Assembly: GCA_000442015.1 (NCBI GenBank)
Contig: KE561091.1
Span: forward strand, 1 to 45,850
Reading direction: 5' to 3'
Source of the DNA: Rozella allomycis CSF55
Taxonomy: Eukaryota
DNA: 45,850 nucleotides
Shown here: positions 38,460 through 45,850 of the stretch, one piece after another
Layout of the letters: each line of letters starts with the position of its first letter
How positions within the stretch are numbered: the first letter of the stretch is position 1
The notes under the pieces: generated by a model
The model's input: only the letters and a program-made list of their open reading frames with translations
Told to the model about the DNA's origin: nothing
Database searches by the model: none
Made by a program: the position numbers and the translations under genes

Positions 38460-38880
38460 ACCTGAATAAACGCATCAAGACTTTCTTAGTTGATGCTTGA
38501 ATACACTGCCTTAAAAAATGCCGCGTTTTTGGAACCTCTGACAAAACATCATAGTCAATAGGTTCTCCACCTTCAGGCTTCAGCAACAATAGCTAACAAT
38601 CTCTCTTTCGAGCACGTTGTGATAAGCTGTTAAAAGTAGTCAGATACAGCGATTTCTTTTACGTTCATGACTAGGTCTACCAAAAATCTCTTACTTCATG
38701 GACACAGAATCCTTTAACTGTCCTTTCATTAAGACACACTTTGGAAATTGTTTTGTCAGACAGCAGAGCTTGGTTGTAACCAATTAAAGAAGGCGGTCTG
38801 GGCATTTCTTCTGCAGTAACCTGTACCATTCTAGCTTTTAAGCTTTATTGCCTCAAATGTTCAAACTGCAAAGCTTCACA
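38460..38880 (+). mobile_element. Degenerate CRE/R2-type non-LTR retrotransposon relic (RT thumb region)
   Basis: Translations IGSP, LLRS*LGLPKISYF (from 38656), PIKEGGLGISSA..LAF..IAS (from 38780), matching the LLRxCxxxPKxxYxxR and LPxxxGGLGI..A..AFxAS motifs; stops and frameshifts. Confidence 0.75.
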
Positions 38881-39049
38881 GTAGACCAAGACATGAACGT
38901 GGGTAAAAATTGCATGTCTATCTTTTTTAATATATCAACCGAAGTTGATTATTTAGTCCATATCTGTTTTATCATCGACAAAGCAATTCCAAAATTTCCA
39001 AATTCAATTCTTTGTTTTAGAGTAAATGAGAGCTTTCTTTTCTCATAGA

Positions 39050-40687
39050 ATGGAAAATATTGATATTTACGATCAAATAGAATTTTTGAGATCTAAAATG
39101 TCTTTGTTTCGACTATTGTTACACGATGACAGCAAAGAGAGACAGCAGGGTTTACAAAAGCTACTTGAAGAATTAGACTCCCGGAAAGAAAAAGAAACGA
39201 ATATTCCAGAGTTATATCTATTGACATTCGCAAGACATTTTTATCAATCGTTTGATGAAAATATCAAAGAAAAGTTACTCGAAGTTATAAAGGTTTGCTG
39301 TCTCCTCGTGGTTAATATAGATGTATAATATTAAGAGATTGCATAACTCATGTTCATTTTTCTTTTGTGAAAGTTACAACAACACTGATATCCATCCTTG
39401 TAAGGGAATACAAGGCAAGTGGGAGGATACTGAATTTTATGCAAATATTAGCACCATTTCCTCAATTCCTTGAAAAATATCTAAGATGCTTTCACAGAAC
39501 GTTCGAGCAACAAGGGCCTATTCCCGTAATTTGGAGGTATTTCATCGCAATGATGGTAATTAAATGCGCAATATATAGAATAGGCTGCTTCTAGATTCCA
39601 ATGTAGTTATTTGTTTGATTTATTTAAATTTGATTTCTTGCTTCACGGTGGAAATCCTGAATGGATCAAATACCCATACCGATCAGAAAAACTATTTTCG
39701 CTTGACTATGTGAATTCAACCCTTGCCTATCAGCCATGGAGGCTGAAGTCTGAAGATTTGGAGGTAATAGATATCAATATAACGGAAGTGAGATATTGTT
39801 AAAGAAGAAAGGTTGGTCAAAGGCTGAACTTGTACAAGCGATCACGATTATTTGCCAGGTGCACTCAATGTGTGGCATTGCATTTGGTTGTGGCGTTACT
39901 CCCGAGATTGAACTGCCAAGTGGTTCCATTATTGGCGACCGAAGAGAACCCTCGATCGAGAGTAAACCTGTGCAATCTAATTCGCACTTGGATTTTGTTG
40001 AAAACACCTCACTATTGATTGATAAGCTTAAAAATAACAATAATAATACGAATAACATCCAATTACCAGAGAATAGAGTAAATTTTGAGAAATGTGACGT
40101 TATCGATATGGTGGAGGTTGGCGCGGCGCAAAACAATGAAAATTCCGACTTTAAAGGGTTTTCAAATGTGGAGATGAAACATCAAGATTTTGATGTTCAT
40201 TCTTCTGAATATTCGATATTTAGACTACTGGATTATTCATGGGATGATCATGGGATGATTTTACTGTCGAAGTACTTACCAGACTTGGGAGATTTGTTTA
40301 GTATTGAATTTTACGAAATAAAAAACATGACTGACAAAAGGTATAATCTTTATCATCTTTTTGTAAAGTGTTTATGAGAAAAAGGAAGGGGAAGAAGAAA
40401 TTGATACAGGGCCTTTTAGACAAGCTATTTGGTATTATGTGCTACGTATTAGTGGAATGTGTCATGATGATTATGATTATCAATGCGTGAATAGATACTT
40501 ACCCAGAGATATCAAGTCGTACATAAAGAAGTGTGTTTTCTATCCAAATAATGTTAAAAGAGAAGATTTTGATAATTTGGGTATAAATTTGCGCAGTGAA
40601 GAAAAAGTACATGTAAATCTACTTGCTGTGGAAGCAAGAAAGCAAGCGTGTTTGCTGTATTCATTGTTTGCATTGATGCATAGTTGA
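39050..40687 (+). CDS. SESN: Sestrin; multi-exon
   Basis: SGRILNF..GPIPVIWRYFIAMM-AASRFQCSYL..FLLHGGNPEW; LAYQPW; WSKAELVQAI; DYSWDDHG; DTGPFRQAIWYY; HDDYDY; EKVHVNLLAVEARKQACLLYSL. Confidence 0.93.
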
Positions 40688-40780
40688 TAATTAAATAATG
40701 ATGTAATTTAATAATTTAAATAAAGTTTAATTTTGTTTATTAAATTGATTAGTTGAGTGTGACTGTGTTTAGTCATGCAA

Positions 40781-42385
40781 TTATAGGATGCAACATGTAT
40801 TGGTACTATTCGGATCTCTTATAACATTTAACCTTGTAAAATAATTAACATAAGAGATGCGATTTTGATTCACGTTAAGAATTGTATCAATTTCATCGAG
40901 TTGACGAGCCAAGTCCAGAATCACTGCATTACCAGGGTAGTCTTGAACTTCAACTGTTTCCATTTCTCTGATTATAGTCTCAATTTCTCTCATTTTAGCA
41001 TCAAGATTTTCTTCAAACTCTTTCAAGAGATTAAAATGATGAAGATAATCCGCATATGTAGGCTTTAGTGCAGTCAATTCTGGAATGACCAGTGCATTTT
41101 CCAATAGTTCCAATTTTCCCTTGAAATGGCTTTTAAAGAATTGAAGAGCCTTTGAAAATTCAAACTCAAGCTTTTTGTATTTTGAGTCTCTTACAAAGAA
41201 TTCAACTGTTTTCAATCCTGATTCTTCATATCGATTATCAAAATAAAAATTTTGTAATTTTATTGATTCAATTTTGTTTATGCGATTTCTTAGTTTTTCT
41301 AATGCGTTATTAAAAGTTACAATAGATTTTCCAATATCGAGTCTAAAATTGGTAACCTTCTTTTCCAGAGTTTGTAATTGATTCTTTAAATGCTCAAACT
41401 GGGTAATCTCATCTTTTAATGTTATAGTTTCACTATCAAATACTTTTTCAAGTCTTAAAGTTTCCTCCGAAGATTTATCATTTGCAATTTCAAAAGAAGA
41501 TGGTCTTAAAGCTTTGATTTTCTTTGATCTTTTAATTAAATCAATAGAAAATTCTATGATATTCTTTTGTGTAGCTTCATATCTCGCTAATAATTCTTGC
41601 CGCTGCTGTTTAAGCGTTTCAATTTCAACAGTTTTCTTCTTATAAAGTTCTAATGCTTCTTTAAATTCATTGGCATCATATTTTTTCCCGTTATTTGATA
41701 AACATCTTTTGTAGATTTCTTCATATGCCATCGCTACAAATCTTTTTCTTGATTCCGTAAAAGTCATCACATTGTTCCCTTCAAATGTTGCATAATGACG
41801 GTAAAACAGGAACCCGGAAGAATTTATGAATTTTGATGAATGAGGAGCGAATTCTAACATCTTAGACTTGAATTCCTTTATATATTCTTCTTCAACGCCA
41901 TCATTTCTTAAAATACTGTCCGCGAATGTAAAAATAAACACTATGTGCTCGAATACATCCTTGGATATTAATAAATTAACGTTATTAAACACGCTCTTGA
42001 TATTTTCTTGCAATGCCCAAACAGGAACCAAATACAATATCGTGTCAACCCCATCAGGATAATTTTCAATCAAAGCTCCTGATATTTTAATAGCTGTTTC
42101 AACGCCTTGTTCGCTAGATCCGTCCTTTAATCCTAAAGTACCAGCAACTCTTAATTTTAAGTCTCCAAATGAACACTCTTGAATGCTCATTTTGTTCTCT
42201 TTTATTTCTCTATTGCTAGGTTTCAAGTCACATTTGTTATCTAATACATCGACCAGACTTGATTTCCCAGATCCAGGTGAGCCCAGAATCACTACATTCA
42301 ATGGTTTATGGCAAATACTATCAACTGGAATCGCTATATTTACGCCGACCAAAAGGATAAAAATAAAAGGAAAAAAGATCCACAT
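40781..42385 (-). CDS. AIG1/GIMAP-like P-loop GTPase with signal peptide, coiled coil and C-terminal CaaX; intronless
   Basis: MWIFFPFIFILLVGVNIA; G1 GSPGSGKS; G3-like VAGTLG; YPDGVDTILYLV; G4 IFTFAD; heptad-rich C-terminal half; ends TCCIL-stop. Confidence 0.78.
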   Translation of the reverse strand: MWIFFPFIFILLVGVNIAIPVDSICHKPLNVVILGSPGSGKSSLVDVLDNKCDLKPSNREIKENKMSIQECSFGDLKLRVAGTLGLKDGSSEQGVETAIKISGALIENYPDGVDTILYLVPVWALQENIKSVFNNVNLLISKDVFEHIVFIFTFADSILRNDGVEEEYIKEFKSKMLEFAPHSSKFINSSGFLFYRHYATFEGNNVMTFTESRKRFVAMAYEEIYKRCLSNNGKKYDANEFKEALELYKKKTVEIETLKQQRQELLARYEATQKNIIEFSIDLIKRSKKIKALRPSSFEIANDKSSEETLRLEKVFDSETITLKDEITQFEHLKNQLQTLEKKVTNFRLDIGKSIVTFNNALEKLRNRINKIESIKLQNFYFDNRYEESGLKTVEFFVRDSKYKKLEFEFSKALQFFKSHFKGKLELLENALVIPELTALKPTYADYLHHFNLLKEFEENLDAKMREIETIIREMETVEVQDYPGNAVILDLARQLDEIDTILNVNQNRISYVNYFTRLNVIRDPNSTNTCCIL

Positions 42386-42542
42386 CCCCTGTAATCTGAG
42401 AAGATTCAATTTTCTTAACAAATAAAGATCATGATTAATGTACTTAGAGCCAAATCAAAAATTAGGAAAATGTTTTCGTCATAAGATTAACGTCATATTT
42501 GCCCGTTGTCGNAACCTCGCCACTAGTACTACAACTTTACTA

Positions 42543-43581
42543 ATGGGAGACGACGATTACCTTGACCCTGTAAAAATACATTGTTAAATATACTAGGAAT
42601 CTGAATATGAACCTTTAGAAGATGAAGAACTCGAAGGTAAAAGGAAAAGAGGTCGACCCAGGAAAGTTCTTCCTCAGCCCACCCCTATCCAAGAAACAGT
42701 AAAAGAAACACGTTTGCCTACGCTGGAAGAAATTCAAGAACGTTCATTACTAGAAAAAGGGGAGATTATTATGAATGATGATCCAAACGGGGCGCGAAAA
42801 TTGCTTGAAAAAATGGGATATCCCATTCCAGAGGAGGTTACCGGTCCATTGGGATTTCATGTTTTCCAACTGGCTAGCAGATTAAATGAAAAGAATTTAA
42901 AAATGTTCTACGCGAATTCTCTTGAAGTCGGAAGGCATTTGGGCTTTAGGGATAGTTACACATTTTATTTAAAACATGATCATTTTGTGAAAATACCAGT
43001 GAGTGAAATTGAGAGAAATTGGCTGATAGAGAAACGCTTGGTGGCACCAACATCCAGGTCCAGGACAATGTCATTTTTAAGGCTTGATTTGCTGCTAAAT
43101 TTTTTCACTTTTACTCCTCTGTTAGCGGAAAATGCTGTAAAACCTCCTTCTACTGTACGAGTCGGTAAGCCATTCAGTTATTTTATAAAAAGGCACTGAA
43201 GTTTTCATTGAAGTAGAATCCGATGAAGAAGCTAAATACCTATCTGATGATGAAGCTATGTATGCCACAAGATATCGCAAAAAGCTTGCGAAACCTCCTA
43301 ATGAAGACGGTGACCAACAAGACAAAGCTTTTGCTGATGCTTGTAAAAAATCAGCGTCTTACAATTCTCACCTCGCCATGATGAGATCAAACAGATCTTC
43401 TCTGTCACAATTCAATTTACATACAGAGGAAACTTTAGTACCCTTTAAATATGTCTCTCCGTTTAATCAATGGTGCCAACCACAAAATGATGTCAGCGCT
43501 TTCAGGGTAGTTCTATACGATCGCCCAGAAAGGACCTATACAAAGCCTGCTTTATTAAAACACCAGAATAAATTTCATTGA
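42543..43581 (+). CDS. Chromatin-remodelling subunit Rsc7/Swp82 (Npl6)-like with AT-hook; spliced, 3' end approximate
   Basis: KRGRPRK AT-hook; DDPNGARK; EVGRHLGFRDSYTFY..ERNWLIE..SRSR; KSASYNSHL...LHTEETLVP. Confidence 0.78.
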
Positions 43582-43596
43582 CGTGATAGATATCTC

Positions 43597-44260
43597 TGTC
43601 ACGGGGATGTCAACGATTAATTTAGCTTTCATTATTATCAGATTTAATTTTTACCAATGCAAAACTTTCTCTCTGTCATTCCTGACCCAAAGAGGGTCTA
43701 TGACGATAGCATGGGTACTAACTCCCTGACATATATCTTGAGGTACTATCAGTAGTACTGAATACAAGGATAACATCCATCCATTGAGGATCTGAATCTC
43801 ATGTTACGCTAGACAATGCCCTGCCAAGGTCATTGACGATAGCATAGAGTTCACAACCTTAATAGAGCTATTAAGGTTTCTCTATTGATAACTAACATAG
43901 ATTTCATACTCATTCATGAAGACCCAATATGGATAAGTTATGCTAGACAATGCCCTGCCAAGGTCATTGACGATAGCATAGAGTTCACAACCTTAACAAA
44001 GCTATTAAGGTTCTTCTAGTGATAAATAACACATATTCAATACTCATTGATGAGGACTCAATATGGATCTCTTAATATGATAGATCTATAAATAGGATAC
44101 TATTTATAGAAAGAATCAACCATATAAAACTCCAAGGAGATATCAATAAATAGAACGGAGGATAATCCATTCTCAATCGACATCAGTTTTTACTCTTTTT
44201 ATCTTACGATTTACTATCCAATTTATGAGGATTAAGATACTATAAGCGCATGGAGCGACA
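43597..44260 (+). mobile_element. Probable solo LTR (664 bp) of an LTR retrotransposon
   Basis: Starts TGTCACGG and ends GCGACA (TGTC...GACA inverted termini); flanks atctc/ctctc (5-bp TSD, 1 mismatch); TATAAATAG at about 44087 and AATAAA at about 44145; its 3' end recurs at 23346. Confidence 0.72.
43670..44070 (+). repeat. Tandem repeat of about 134-bp period (2 close copies plus 1 diverged) inside the LTR
   Basis: gtta.gctagacaatgccctgccaaggtcattgacgatagcatagagttcacaaccttaa at 43803 and 43937; core tgacgatagcat also at 43701. Confidence 0.9.
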
Positions 44261-44265
44261 CTCTC

Positions 44266-45003
44266 TGCAGCTTTAGAATCGCCTATTACATTCGAACGAC
44301 CATTGCCTGCCGATCTTGAAAAGAGTATCACTAATCCAGGTTTTCCGAGATTAAACGTTGCATTGTCTCGCGAAAACCCTAATGTCGAGAGTTCAAATCC
44401 TAATATGACTGTGTTACAGCAACATATTTCATTCTTTGATAGAAACAAGGATGGAATAATATACCCTTGGGAAACTTGGGAAGGTATTTTTGTAAGGCAT
44501 GATATTATTAAGGTTTCAGAGTGATGGGCTTTAACTTGTTAATGTCATTGATTGGAACTTTCCTGATTCACTTGACCATGGCGATCCCTAGCTGGGATAG
44601 TATTTTCTATTTTGACCCGTTTATGGGCGTACTTGTCAAAAACATTCATTCGTGCAAACATGGATCCGACAGTGAAGTGTATGATACGGAAGGTAATTTG
44701 ATATCTCTATTCTAAAATCACAGGACGGTTTGTACCACAAAAATTTGAGGAAATCTTTTCAAAATATGCGAAATCTAATCCCGAATATCTGACTTTGGGA
44801 GAACTTTTTTGTTTTACTGAAGGAAATAGGAACGTCAATGATTTTTTTGGCGGGTAATGAATCGAAGTACGTTTAAATAATAGTCTTGCCGCCAAGCTAG
44901 AATGNATGAAAAAGGTAGGATTAAAAAAGAAGATATACGCAGTCAATTCGATGGCACATTATTTCAAAAGATGGAAGAATTGTTTAATCAAAAAAATAAA
45001 TAA
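44266..45003 (+). CDS. Caleosin/peroxygenase (5' end interrupted by the LTR; N base at about 44905); possibly a pseudogene
   Basis: [31 protein letters not shown] (His + EF-hand), hydrophobic/proline-knot segment, [44 protein letters not shown]; no in-frame ATG before the conserved N-terminus. Confidence 0.85.
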
Positions 45004-45017
45004 CATGCAGTTTATGG

Positions 45018-45765
45018 TTAATCATCGATTACTATTATGTCTTCTTCCTTTTCTTCCTTTTTCTTTTTCTCGTCTTGCACTATAATAACCTCGCAATCAT
45101 TTTCCATTTTTCTTTTCTTGTCTTTTGCTTTAGTAGAAGAAGATGATTCATCAGAAGAGACATCCACAGTTAATTTCGAATCTACCAGGTCTTGCAATAG
45201 TACTAATTTCAGTTGCAAGGAGCCTGTTACATTTAAAGGTCTCGTTGCTTCTATTGAATGATCTAGATTCCGCAGCAAACGCTTTTTTTGACTTTCATTT
45301 GAATTTACACACCCAGCGGCATAATTGTTTTCCACCTTGGACTGATATAATTGACACTTCTTACCATGAAAGAAACAAGACCAATTAGAATGGTTAGAAT
45401 ATTCCATCCAGGATTCCATGATTCGGCTGATTATTTGGAAGTTATAAGCATACGATGATAGTCACTGATAGTCAAACAGATTCTAGCGTTTGGCTGAAAT
45501 CTCCCATTTGGTGTGATCATTCTAATGCTAGGCGGTTTAAAAGGATATTCTTTTGGGAATATAACTGTACCGTGATATTCACCGCCCTCATATGGAGTGT
45601 CTTTGGGTCCTTTAATAACATAATGCCTTTCTAAAGCCATCAGGGATTTTACCATTCCAGAATATTATTTTCCAGAGGCCTTGCTGTAACAAAATCGGGA
45701 CTTTCGTTTATCATCATTTTCAGTTCATTTTGTAGCCTTTTGGTTGCTTTTTCAGGTATAGACAT
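45018..45765 (-). CDS. UBC6: Ubiquitin-conjugating enzyme E2, Ubc6/UBE2J-like; spliced
   Basis: [75 protein letters not shown] is the Ubc6 signature. Confidence 0.88.
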
Positions 45766-45850
45766 TTGAGTGGCTAAGTTGAAGGTACAATATGTCGATA
45801 TAAGTTTCATATATGGCAATATCTACGACCTCAGTATTGACAATTTATAT

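Noticed and set aside
43670..44070. CRISPR-like array or H/ACA snoRNA cluster
   Set aside because: Eukaryotic context, whole units are homologous (no unique spacers), no cas genes, and no convincing H/ACA or C/D boxes; better explained as LTR-internal repeats.
44160..44270. Apparent CRE-like peptide (LNRHQFLLFLSY..YPIYED..W.D)
   Set aside because: Needs several frameshifts; the shared terminus, TG..CA ends and TSD favour an LTR end.
44895..44915. Missing residues in the caleosin C-terminal region
   Set aside because: Coincides with an N base (assembly gap), so it is not evidence of decay.

Overview
AT-rich, very gene-dense eukaryotic genomic DNA with about 30 protein-coding genes and many tiny GT-AG introns (mostly 23-31 nt); intergenic gaps are often under 60 bp. 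Fungal-type genes (SOG2, SEC66, RSC7/SWP82-like, Skg3/Caf120-like) occur beside a flagellar radial-spoke gene (RSP9) and animal-type genes (sestrin, ASPP-like ankyrin-SH3 protein, NPL4 with NZF finger). This points to an early-diverging zoosporic fungus or relative; a Rozella-like cryptomycete is my best inference, not verified. The window also holds two tandem tRNA-Asn genes, a probable 664-bp solo LTR apparently inserted in the first codons of a caleosin gene (a fragment of the same LTR lies at about 23.4 kb), and decayed CRE/R2-type non-LTR retrotransposon relics. Most notable: an ASPP-like Zn-ribbon/C2/RA/coiled-coil/RVxF/ankyrin/SH3 protein; an intronless AIG1/GIMAP-like GTPase with both a signal peptide and a CaaX box (candidate host-prenylated effector); a sestrin with key motifs intact; and a ~13-nt frameshifting deletion in the ThDP motif of the DHTKD1-like E1. 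Several N bases and homopolymer frameshifts indicate a draft assembly. Exon models were built by eye and family calls are from motif recall, with no database searches.
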